The position numbers and the translations under genes were made by a program. A DNA stretch of 64,000 nucleotides from a bacterium (GTDB lineage Bacteria; Hinthialibacterota; Hinthialibacteria; Hinthialibacterales; Hinthialibacteraceae), in contig CAXXSM010000079.1 in assembly GCA_963663405.2 (NCBI GenBank), forward strand, positions 1 to 64,000. The letters run 5' to 3'. The notes beneath the pieces were generated by a model. It did no database searches and was not told where the DNA came from. It saw only the letters and a list, made by a program, of their open reading frames with translations. Position 1 is the first letter of the stretch. Every line of letters begins with the position of its first letter. Of this stretch, positions 20,267 through 29,845 are shown one piece after another.

Positions 20267-22895
20267 TCTTACTATCGCTTTCAATTACGTTTTGGAGTTC
20301 TTTGTGAAGCCGTTCAACCTGCTCTTCTTCCAAAATTTTCCCCCCGGACGAATCCGCGACATAGAAAATCACGGTGAGACGGACACCTTCCGAAATAATG
20401 CGCGCGAAGTGAATATTCAACTTCATCGCCGAAATCACACCGGTGAGTTGTTGAAGCAGATTTCCACTGTCGGCGGAACGGACTTCAACTACGGTAAATC
20501 GCGCCGTAATATCGTTGATAACTTTGATCTGATTCGCGCAGCTGCTGCGTCCCACATTCGAGATTTTCGTCATTTTGGGAATCGGCGGCGTTTCTTCATC
20601 ACTGGGCAATATTCTTGTCAACCGTTCTTGCAACAGATGTTGACGCGACTCAGAAATCGGCCCATTTCTCAAGGTGTCACGGATCACCAGATTATTTACT
20701 ATGACACCGTCACTCCGTGTATTCAACCGCGCTTCGATAATCGAGAAATTCTCCAGCGTCATGGCGGCGCATATGCGGTTAAACAATCCGACTTTATCCA
20801 AATAGACTAAAACCATTTCCCGGCAGTCGGGATCGAGGTGGGGATAAAAACGCGTGACCGGCATGCTTCCATCAAACGCGTTCAAACACGCCAAGTGCTG
20901 CCGGACCTGATCCACCGACTGATGGAGAAGATAACTGGCTGGAAGACACTCCAGATGTTCCCGCACCAAAGTATGTTCAAATTCATCGCCGAGAGCTTTC
21001 ATCAGCGATTCTTTCTGTGAGACCACATGAATGGTCTCATCCGCATCCGCATGAGCTTCATTTTCAAAGACGCGGCGGGTAGCCAGATACAAATCCCATA
21101 GAAGATTATTCTTCCATTCTGTCATCGATTCCGGAGAGACGGACCGCATGTCGGCGTACGTCAAAAGATACATCATATCCAGATCCGCGCCGCTGTCGAA
21201 CGCGTCGGCAAAATCGGCCAATACTTCCGGATCGGATAAATCCCGCCGCTGTGCGGTCCGGCTCATGAGAAGGTGATTCCGGATCAGGAAATCCAACCGT
21301 TTCCGTTTCGCTTCCGGCAGCCGCATCCGCCGTGTGATCCGGTCGACAAGATCGGCGCCGGTGTGCGAATGATTGCCCGGCTTTCCTTTCCCGATATCGT
21401 GGAATAAGGCAGCGAGCCTGAGGGTGTCTTTCTCCTTGCATTCGTTCCAGAGCAGATAGCGCTCCCGGGCGAAGTTGAACGTATCCTCGTGTAGATTCTC
21501 GATATGATACAGCGTCAACAGAGAATGCTCGTCCACTGTATATCGATGCACCAAATCATAGCGTACCAGGTTAGCGATCCCGCGCCATTCTGGAATGATG
21601 GCTTTCAGGATTCCAATACGCCGCATTTCCCGGAGTATGCCTTCTATCCGGTCTGGGAGCGCGAAAAAGCGCCGTAATAAAGCGGCGTTGTGTTTATCAA
21701 AAAGAAATGTGTGATCGATCAATTCGAGATTGTCGTGAATCTCCGAAACTGTGTCCTCCGCCAGCGTCGCCTCCTGTTCAGCGGCGTGGATGAAGACCTG
21801 TAAGAGCCGTTTGGGATTATGCTCAAAAAAGTGAATATCGCGTGGAACATGGATCTGATTATTGCGCACATAAAATCCATCCGCCAGTTTCTTGCTTCGT
21901 TTGAAGGAAAGAAACGACCAAACGGATTTAGGCGCGCAGCGTTGAATAACATAGCTGGAGAATCGGCGGATATTGACTGCGTGTTTATAATACTCACGCA
22001 TCATCTCTTCTTCCGCGAGCCGTCCCCGCCGGTCTCTATAACCGAGACGTTTGGAAACTTCATGCTGAAGCGGCAGCGCCAAGACGTCTTGTTCTTTTCC
22101 CGTCAGGAAATGGAGATCATTGCGCAACCGCCAGAGAAAAGCGATTGCTTCTTCGACCATTGTCATCATTTGATCGTCGATTAGATGGCTGCGCTTCAGG
22201 TGGAGGAGTTTCATGGTTCTCCCCTCCCAAAGCGAAGCCGTCCAGATTCCCAAATGATAATCCCGCAGACCGCCTTTGCTTTCTTTCACATTCGGTTCGG
22301 AGATGTTGATCGTTAAGCCGAACCGGGAAGCGCGTTCTTCGCTCTCCCTCACTTTCCGCCGGATATATTCATACCGGTTTTTCCAGAGCCGGCGCCACAA
22401 ATCATTTTTAAATCGTTCAAACAACCGCCAATCGCCTGACAGGAAACGGCTTTCACACATCGCCGTCTGACTATGCGTGTCCCTTACCGCGATATCGAGC
22501 GCTTCTTTATAACTCCGGCAGCAATGTCCGACTTGAAAACCAAGGTCGAAGAGATTGCGGAAAATCCCTTTAACCAGTTCGCTCTCCTTCTTACTCAATG
22601 GATTCACATGGAGAAACATGATATCCACGTCGGATTTTGGATGCAGTTCCCGCCGCCCATACCCCCCTTGAGCCAGCAAAAGAATATGCGAAGGCGGTTC
22701 ATCACGATCAAGGATTCGCTGCAGATGGTAGAGATAGATCCTTAAAATCAAGGTATCCGTGGTTTCGACCATCTCGCGAACCACTTCACGCGGATCTTCA
22801 TTCGCCTCATGCAAATGGCGAATCGCTGAGACGTCGTTTGTATAATGAGCGTAACCGCTTGATATTTCTGTATCTACAACAGAAGAAAGAGCCAT
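20259..22895 (-). CDS. glnD: [Protein-PII] uridylyltransferase/uridylyl-removing enzyme
   Basis: GGYGRRELHPKSDVD nucleotidyltransferase motif, VKESKGGLRD, HRYTVDEH, LFHDIGKG HD domain, two C-terminal ACT-like domains; 878 aa. Confidence 0.95.
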   Translation of the reverse strand: MALSSVVDTEISSGYAHYTNDVSAIRHLHEANEDPREVVREMVETTDTLILRIYLYHLQRILDRDEPPSHILLLAQGGYGRRELHPKSDVDIMFLHVNPLSKKESELVKGIFRNLFDLGFQVGHCCRSYKEALDIAVRDTHSQTAMCESRFLSGDWRLFERFKNDLWRRLWKNRYEYIRRKVRESEERASRFGLTINISEPNVKESKGGLRDYHLGIWTASLWEGRTMKLLHLKRSHLIDDQMMTMVEEAIAFLWRLRNDLHFLTGKEQDVLALPLQHEVSKRLGYRDRRGRLAEEEMMREYYKHAVNIRRFSSYVIQRCAPKSVWSFLSFKRSKKLADGFYVRNNQIHVPRDIHFFEHNPKRLLQVFIHAAEQEATLAEDTVSEIHDNLELIDHTFLFDKHNAALLRRFFALPDRIEGILREMRRIGILKAIIPEWRGIANLVRYDLVHRYTVDEHSLLTLYHIENLHEDTFNFARERYLLWNECKEKDTLRLAALFHDIGKGKPGNHSHTGADLVDRITRRMRLPEAKRKRLDFLIRNHLLMSRTAQRRDLSDPEVLADFADAFDSGADLDMMYLLTYADMRSVSPESMTEWKNNLLWDLYLATRRVFENEAHADADETIHVVSQKESLMKALGDEFEHTLVREHLECLPASYLLHQSVDQVRQHLACLNAFDGSMPVTRFYPHLDPDCREMVLVYLDKVGLFNRICAAMTLENFSIIEARLNTRSDGVIVNNLVIRDTLRNGPISESRQHLLQERLTRILPSDEETPPIPKMTKISNVGRSSCANQIKVINDITARFTVVEVRSADSGNLLQQLTGVISAMKLNIHFARIISEGVRLTVIFYVADSSGGKILEEEQVERLHKELQNVIESDSKNV

Positions 22896-23612
22896 AAGTT
22901 ATAACACGGGATATTTATCCAAATAAATTCATTACAAGACCACTCTTTCAACATAGTATGATCGCTGACACAAGCGGTCAAGGCTGTTTTGTCTAACATG
23001 ACGGCGATTAACCGAAATCTCAATGATACATCCATAGATATAGATGTTCACAACCATTCGTTATACAAAATATAGTGGATTCATATACTATTATCGCTTT
23101 ATCGCCGTATTATTATGTATTTATAATAATTATATATCTTTTCATAAAATGCGCGGGGGGGTAAATTTAGGAGAAGCGAATGGACGCGCTTGCTCTCATG
23201 AAATTTTACAAAATCTTCTGCTTTCCGCACTGATCTTTTAAAAATTGATCAGCGCTACTAGACTTGTAATAATATTATTTTGAGTTCATTAATCACGCAG
23301 CGGCGGATAGGCTCTGTACTCAGCGCAAGCGCAGGGCCATTTAACAAAACTTCATCATGCTGTGTAAAGCAAACAACCAACACCTATATGGTTAGGTTTC
23401 GGCTGCTTGCCGTTTCGTCATTAATAAACGCCAGATTCTATTATCCATGATATTATTGATTTAGGATTCCGTTTTACTCGATTTACGAACAATCCTAACG
23501 AATCCTACGTCCAAACACCGTACAACAAATTTCTCCTATGCCACAAGCGCTGTTTGGAGAGAAATGCAGCAGAGCGGGATTAAATAGCTGGCAAAGAATC
23601 GAATAGTAGCCC

Positions 23613-23796
23613 TCATGATTGAGATCACAATAGCAAATGAAAATGAGTCGCGGTAGGGCGCCTCACGCTTTATCGACCCACCGGGAAACTCATTTTCATA
23701 TAAACCATCATGATTGAGATCACAACCACAGATGAAAATGAGCTGCGAGAGTAATCTCGAACGAGTAAGTCTTAAAAACTCATTTTCATATAAAAG
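23613..23796. repeat. Two tandem ~95-bp units, each with an ATGAAAATGAG/CTCATTTTCAT inverted repeat
   Basis: TCATGATTGAGATCACAA at 23613 and 23708. IR arms 23637-23647/23689-23699 and 23732-23742/23779-23789. Third unit at 45538-45637. Confidence 0.85.
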
Positions 23797-23806
23797 GACA
23801 TACTGA

Positions 23807-25429
23807 ATGAAAGGTTTTTTAGTCACCACCTTATTTTGTTTACTCATAGAATTCGTCTTACCAGGTAGAGCCTTTACAGAAATCGAAATCGTCCGCAGCC
23901 GGTTTATTCCTTTGGCGATTTACGCGGACGGTTTGCAAACCAGCCGGATGGAAATTCAGTTGAATCCCAACGGAGAAGCGCCACTCTCCATCTCCGTCAC
24001 GAATCCCTACCAATCGATCTTGATCGATGGGCAATGGGAAAGTGTTCTTACATTATATGACGATGGAACCAATGGTGACATTACCGCAGGGGATGGAATC
24101 TACACTCGAAATGGAATTCAAGTCAGTGGAGACACGATCCTCCGCTACCGGGACCATACCGTCGACCGTCTTTCATTCTACCCCTTCGCCAACCTGATCG
24201 CCAATACGACAGAGGGCAGTCAAATCGTTCCTTTCTCTTCGCACAACGCGCCATCCTTGGGTCTCGTTTCACCGGATGTAGGAATTCAGGTTTATGAACC
24301 CGCTTCCGATATACGAATGAGTGACCGGATCGTCAATATGATTATTGAGAGTCCGTTTGAAGACAGCTTTCATCAATCCGGCGCCGTCCTCGAAGAGGGA
24401 ACCATCCAGAATCAAGCCTTACGCCGTTTCTTCCAACTTTTTCACGATGAATACGATTTCATCTTTCTTCTCCCGGAATCAAACGTGATGGGAGACTATC
24501 CGATTCACACTCTGATCACGAATGATGTCAGCGGTATCGGTCTCAGCGCAGAGATCGACTATAGCCAATCGGTTGGAAGCGAGGGATATTTAAAAGGTGT
24601 GATGCGGCTGCCGATGGATCCAAATGGTTCATTTCTTCAAGCGATCATGAGACAGTGGGGTGTTTATCTCAGTTCCGAATTCGGTTTTGGGGGCGAACTT
24701 TACCCCAATTCCTGGGGGCTATCCAGCGTGAATGGCGCGCTGGGTGGATACAATCCCGAATCCTATGTCAATAACATGAATGGAACGGTCAACGTCGATT
24801 TTTTCCTCCCCGGCGGCTCAACGGACACAAAGCCATACGCCGATCTCGAACTCTATCTCGCGGGAATGAAAACCGCCCAGGAAATCACGCCTGTAACAGT
24901 GATCCGTGATGGGCAGATCGAATCACAGGGCCGCACGATCACGATCCGGTTGGGAACGCCGGAGACCATTACGATCCAACAAATCATCAACGTCCACGGG
25001 CCGCGAATTCCAGCGTATCAAGAATCCCAAACGGATTTCCGCGCGGCGTTCATTGTTCTTTCCACGCACCCATTCGAACAATCGGAACTGGCGTTCTATC
25101 ACGCCATCGCCAAACACTTATCTCAAAAATACACCTCCTCCGAATATACCTTCTATTTAGCCACTAAAGGGGAGGGAACACTGGACACAATACTCGGTGA
25201 GTTCAAAGATCCCGCGCTCTGGACTGTCCGCCGCTCCCAACCGACTCCCACTCCCGTGCAGGGCGATTACAACGCCGACGGACGAATTCACATCAACGAT
25301 GTGATCCACTTAGCAAACGAATGGGGGAAAGACGTTTCACAAAATAACCGCTTTGACTTGAATGATGACGGCGCCATCGATCAGCACGATCTCCTGCTCT
25401 TAATTGAAGGGAAAAAGGACCTGCCTTAG
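23807..25429 (+). CDS. Secreted protein: choice-of-anchor X-like domain, degenerate zincin-like domain, PT linker, dockerin/EF-hand tail
   Basis: Signal peptide; LYDDGTNGDITAGDGIYT; PTPTP; GDYNADGRIHINDV and FDLNDDGAIDQHDL Ca-binding repeats. Confidence 0.7.
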   Translation: MKGFLVTTLFCLLIEFVLPGRAFTEIEIVRSRFIPLAIYADGLQTSRMEIQLNPNGEAPLSISVTNPYQSILIDGQWESVLTLYDDGTNGDITAGDGIYTRNGIQVSGDTILRYRDHTVDRLSFYPFANLIANTTEGSQIVPFSSHNAPSLGLVSPDVGIQVYEPASDIRMSDRIVNMIIESPFEDSFHQSGAVLEEGTIQNQALRRFFQLFHDEYDFIFLLPESNVMGDYPIHTLITNDVSGIGLSAEIDYSQSVGSEGYLKGVMRLPMDPNGSFLQAIMRQWGVYLSSEFGFGGELYPNSWGLSSVNGALGGYNPESYVNNMNGTVNVDFFLPGGSTDTKPYADLELYLAGMKTAQEITPVTVIRDGQIESQGRTITIRLGTPETITIQQIINVHGPRIPAYQESQTDFRAAFIVLSTHPFEQSELAFYHAIAKHLSQKYTSSEYTFYLATKGEGTLDTILGEFKDPALWTVRRSQPTPTPVQGDYNADGRIHINDVIHLANEWGKDVSQNNRFDLNDDGAIDQHDLLLLIEGKKDLP

Positions 25430-25479
25430 AGCCGAGATTTGAACCACCATACAAACGTTATATAGAATTATGCCAGCAT

Positions 25480-25546
25480 GTAGGGCGCCTCGCGCTTTAT
25501 CGAGGCGCCATTTTCGCGAATCATTCCCGGTGGGTCATAAAGACAC
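25480..25546 (+). repeat. GTAG-type REP-like palindrome (family II) with partial partner
   Basis: GTAG-GGCGCCTCG-cgctttat-CGAGGCGCC, followed by ATCATTCCCGGTGGGTCATAAAG. Confidence 0.7.
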
Positions 25547-25555
25547 TTCTGCTTC

Positions 25556-25796
25556 ACCCTTCAACCTCCAACCAAAACCTCTATTTAACTTAGCGGGTGG
25601 CCAGGGCAAGGTTTTTTTTCTGCCCTGGCGCTACGTTCCAAAAATCACACTATAACCCTTCAGCCTCCAACCTAAACCCCTATTTAACTTAGCGGGTGGC
25701 CAGGGCAAGGTTTTTCATCTGCCCTGGCGCTACGTTCCGGAAATCATGACGCAACCCTTCCGCCTTCCGTCTTCAACCTAAACCCCTATTTAACTT
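25556..25796. repeat. 99-bp tandem array: family I REP-like hairpin x2 alternating with 3 copies of the adjacent gene's 3' end
   Basis: CCAGGGCA..TGCCCTGG-CGCTAC at 25601-25634 and 25700-25733. CTATTTAACTT segments at 25581, 25680 and 25786; the last contains the TAG stop of the - strand gene. Confidence 0.88.
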
Positions 25797-27089
25797 CTTC
25801 CGCCTGCTTTTCCAATGTGAGGAGGACTTTCACCGCTTTAGGGATAGGCGCCTCGTCCTGTACATATTGTTTTAGCTTGCGAAGATGATTTTTCATATCG
25901 TAATAACTTTGATAGAATTCCAAGAGAGAGGGGAGAGACCGTTCGTCTTTCTTCGCATGTTTCATCGCGGAATCAAGCCGGTCGACCGCTTGCTCATATC
26001 TCCCTGTCGCAAGCAGAGAAAGGCCGTACGCGGTTTGCGCTTCCAGGTCATCGGGAGCGAACGTTAGCAGAGATTTCAATTCCTTCCTCGCCTTGAAATA
26101 CTGCCGTCCGGCGAATAATTTTTTCCCCTTCTCCAACATTAGTTGGGCCGGACTGAGTGTCAGTGGGGAATCCTCGTCTTGATTCACAATCTCACGCAAG
26201 TCCACCGTGATCGGAGACAGATGCGAAGACGGATTAACATTCGTAGAAATATCCTCATCCGCTTGCGTATCAGATCGCCGAGGAACACCGCGGAAAAAAC
26301 TCCTATTTTCAACAGGCGGCAGAGTCGGCGTCATCGTAGGTTTCGGCCGCGGCGCCGCTGTCGGCGTGGAAAGGGGATCAGCGTTGGAATCGGTGTTTGA
26401 GAAACGGCCGGTCCCATCGATATACGTGGCATCAATGTGTCACGTAGATTAAATCCTGCGCCCGGTGGCGGCATATGAATAACATTTCTCTGCCGGGTTA
26501 TGATATCTTCATCAAACGCCCTGGCGCCTTTCATCCACGAGTCGCCATAGATTTGGAAGGATGGATCCCTGAAATATTGATTATTTGGCCGCAGAGGAGG
26601 AGCCCCCCCTCCACCGGTTGGATGCATAATATAAGGTTTATTAATAATATAAGCAATGTTGAGAATGCGCGCATTATTAATAATCTGGGCGTTGTTGAGA
26701 ATATAGGGATTGTGAAGTGTGATCGGTTGAAATCGCATGCGATCCGCTTCAAGACGCTCTTCATTCAGAATGGCCGGTTTATTGAGCGTTTCGGCCTTAT
26801 TCAGGATTTTCGCGTCATTCAAAACCTTCGAATCATTCAGTATTTTGGATTGATTGAGGATTTTAGATTGATTGAGAATGTTGACTTTGTTGAGAATCCT
26901 GGGTTTGTGAAGCAGATGCGCTTTCCGGAGAGTGCGTGGCGACATGATTCCCTGCCGATCTTCCCAGACCATCCCAAAGTCATCCACCCAGACTTTCTTT
27001 TCTTGTGGACTCTCATCCTGCGATAACGTTTCCGGAATCGAAACGCATCCCACCAGAAATGGAAGAAGAAAGAAAAACCGCTTACACAT
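25786..27089 (-). CDS. Exported protein with xxxILN hexapeptide repeats, PT linker and C-terminal TPR; apparent frameshift at ~26368
   Basis: ORFs 26331..27089 and 25786..26334 join as IPFPTPTAAPRPKPTMTPTLPP with one extra C. Signal peptide with possible lipobox LVGC; TPR-like C-terminus. Confidence 0.65.
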
Positions 27090-27235
27090 TATACATCTCC
27101 AACGAACGGATATCTTGAAAAAAAGATATCACACGCCGATTCGTTCCCCTGATCCGCAGGGTTTCCCTTCCTGAAGGAGTGTATCACAATCGAACGGGCC
27201 TGTCCGTCATTCACCATAGAACCAGGAATCCTATC

Positions 27236-27268
27236 AAAACAGCCCGGTCAAAAAACATTGACCGGGCT
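27236..27268 (-). terminator. Rho-independent terminator
   Basis: CAGCCCGGTCAA/TTGACCGGGCTG perfect 12-bp stem followed by TTTT on the - strand, just after the stop at 27293. Confidence 0.8.
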
Positions 27269-27292
27269 GAAAATGCAGAGATTCTGAAAAGT

Positions 27293-28601
27293 CTATATCT
27301 CTTCTGGAACGGTGAAGGGCGTACGATAGTCACCACACAAAATCATGTTCGCTTGATCGTCATCGATGCAGCGTTCCGTTTTCGGATCGAACCGCAAGGT
27401 CCGCTCGGTCAGATAGGCCGCGTTCGCCAAATGACAAAGCGCAGAAGACAGGTGGCCTTCTTCGACAGGCGCGTTCAGGTCTTCTACTTTGCGGCTGCGC
27501 ACGCAATCGATGAAATTGGCCCAGTGATCGCCGCTTTCATCTCCACTAGGTCCTGGTTTCCGTTCACGGCCCAAGTAGACTTGGTACTTGCTGTAACTGG
27601 GAATCACCATATACCCTTTGGAGCCCAGGAATAAGTTCCCGACAACGTTGCCCCGGCTTCCCTCACCCAATTCGTCCTGTGTGATCCAATGGCGAACCTC
27701 AAAGACCATCATTTTGTTCTCTTCCGGGTATTTATACGTCGCGACCATAGTATTCGGCGTTTCCTGGTCGTCGTCAAACATGAAGTGACCGCCAAGACAG
27801 TTGATCTGACTAGGCAGGCCGACATTCAATCCCCACCGGGCGACGTCAAATTGATGCACGCCTTGATTGCCGATATCGCCATTGCCGTAATCCCAATGCC
27901 AGTGCCAGTTATAGTGGAAGCGGTTCTCGGCTGTATGGGCGCTGATCCGCCGGGCCAAGCCATTCATTATAATGCACACCCTCCGGCGGTTCGCTCTCCG
28001 GTGTGTGGCCGATTGTGTTCCGCCATTTATAACACGTGCCTTTCGCGTAATAGACTTCCCCGATTAATCCATCGTGGAGCATCTTCATCGCTTCTTGGAT
28101 CGACGGATTGCTGCGGATTTGCGTGCCGTGTTGGACGATGCGGTTGTACTTCTTCGCCGCTTCCACGAGTTTGCGTCCTTCATAAATATTATGGGAGAGG
28201 GGTTTTTCAACATAAACATCTTTCCCCGCTTGACAGGCCCAGATCGCCATCAGTGAATGCCAGTGGTTGGGGGTGGCGATGGTCACTGCATCGATATCCT
28301 CATTTTGAAGTAAGTCTTTGATATCCGTGTATTTCTTGGGATCGTTCGGAAACCGTGGATCGTTCTTTAACCGTTCCGCCCGGTCGTTCAAGATTTCTTC
28401 ATCGACATCGCACAAGGCGGCGATTTTTACATTGGGAAGTCTCTTGAATCCATCAATATGACTCCGGCCCCGGCCATTCAGTCCCACGCACGCGACATTG
28501 ATGGTGTCGTTTGCGCTCGCTCCCGCGTTAGTCAACACCGTCAAACCAACCGCCGCGCCGGTGGCGCTTTTGAGAAAATTCCTGCGTGTTTCGTTTTTCA
28601 T
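27293..28601 (-). CDS. Tat-exported Gfo/Idh/MocA oxidoreductase; apparent +1 frameshift at ~27929
   Basis: TRRNFLK Tat motif, TPNHWH, DVYVEKP. ORFs 27909..28631 and 27293..27979 join as [28 protein letters not shown] on removing one base. Confidence 0.88.
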
Positions 28602-28767
28602 AATACACTCCATTCCATTCATGAATCCCATTCTCTGTCCGAAAGGGTTTTGTGATTGATTGTATCCCGTATAGTAAAGGTATATATGTATAGGTCAAGC
28701 GGATGGATTTTATTGTTCCCAATATTACTATCTAAGGGGAAAATTATTTCATCCGGAGTCATTATAC

Positions 28768-29826
28768 ATGAAAACGCTATCCACCATTCTTTTAACAATC
28801 GGTTTAATCCTATTCGATTCTCCCTCCCCAATTCCAGCGGCGGAGGTAACGCCGGTTCCTGTCATCTTTGATACGGATATCGGCGCCGGCATCGATGACA
28901 CCTGGGCGCTCGCCATGATCCTATGCTCACCGCAGTTAGACTTAAAACTCATCGTCACCGCCTATGACAATACCGTGAACAAGGCCAAAATCGCCGCGCG
29001 GTTTTTAGAGCGGGTGGGCCGGATGGATATCCCCATCGGGATCGGAATTAAACTCAACGATAACTCTTCTCTGCAAGACGAATGGGTTAAAAACTACGAT
29101 TTGAAACGCTATCCAGGAGCGATTCATGAAGACGGCGTGGCCGCGATGATCAACACAATCCGCGCGTCCAGCGGAACCATTACTCTTATCGCGGTAGGGC
29201 CTTATACAAACATTCACGAAGCCCTGCGCCGGGCGCCGGATATCACCCAGAAAGTCCGTGTGGTCACAATGAGCGGCAGTCTGAACCGGGGGTATGACGG
29301 AACATATTCCCCCGATGCGGAATACAATATCCGTGCCGACATCCCCGCCGCGAAAGCCCTCTATTCAGCGGGCTGGGATCTGACCATCGCGCCCCTCGAC
29401 ACCGCTGGACTGGTGTCAATTAAGGGGATGTCCTATCAACGATTGCTCAAAGAGGAGAAAGAACTCCTCCCTCTCACAGAACGGCAGCTCCGGCGCGGAG
29501 AGATCGCCCGCACACCGAAAAGTCCGTTGATCATCGCCCTGATGGAAAATTACCGTATTTGGAAAAAAGCCGGCCGGCGGAAAGCCGATCCGTTGGTTCG
29601 CAGTTCCATCCTTTATGACACCGTGGCCGTCTATTTGGCCTATGATCAATCTCTTTGTGAAATGAAGGACCTGCGTCTTCGCGTGAGTAACATTGGAATG
29701 ACGGAGTTGAGTTCAAAAGGACAAGTGGCGCATGTCGCCGTTCAATGGAAAAACCAAACTCAATTTGAAGAACAATTGGCGCAGACTCTGATTAATGGGA
29801 TTGTGGAGAAAAAGAAGAATCAATGA
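28768..29826 (+). CDS. Inosine-uridine preferring nucleoside hydrolase family protein with signal peptide
   Basis: IFDTDIGAGIDD (DxDxxxDD), GPYTN, AEYNI, APLD and YDTVAV motifs. Confidence 0.88.
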   Translation: MKTLSTILLTIGLILFDSPSPIPAAEVTPVPVIFDTDIGAGIDDTWALAMILCSPQLDLKLIVTAYDNTVNKAKIAARFLERVGRMDIPIGIGIKLNDNSSLQDEWVKNYDLKRYPGAIHEDGVAAMINTIRASSGTITLIAVGPYTNIHEALRRAPDITQKVRVVTMSGSLNRGYDGTYSPDAEYNIRADIPAAKALYSAGWDLTIAPLDTAGLVSIKGMSYQRLLKEEKELLPLTERQLRRGEIARTPKSPLIIALMENYRIWKKAGRRKADPLVRSSILYDTVAVYLAYDQSLCEMKDLRLRVSNIGMTELSSKGQVAHVAVQWKNQTQFEEQLAQTLINGIVEKKKNQ

Positions 29827-29845
29827 AATTGTAATTCAGATACAA

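Noticed and set aside
23241-23610. Transposase remnant or ncRNA in the long glnD intergenic region
   Set aside because: No recognisable motif, terminal repeats or convincing structure by eye.
23613-23796. CRISPR array (constant segments with 36-41-nt variable parts, one matching 25480)
   Set aside because: The constant part is ~55 nt, there are only two units, the variable parts of units 2 and 3 are homologous, and no cas genes are present.
25556-25796. CRISPR array or integron attC array
   Set aside because: The spacers are near-identical to each other, and there are no RYYYAAC/GTTRRRY cassette boundaries or integrase.
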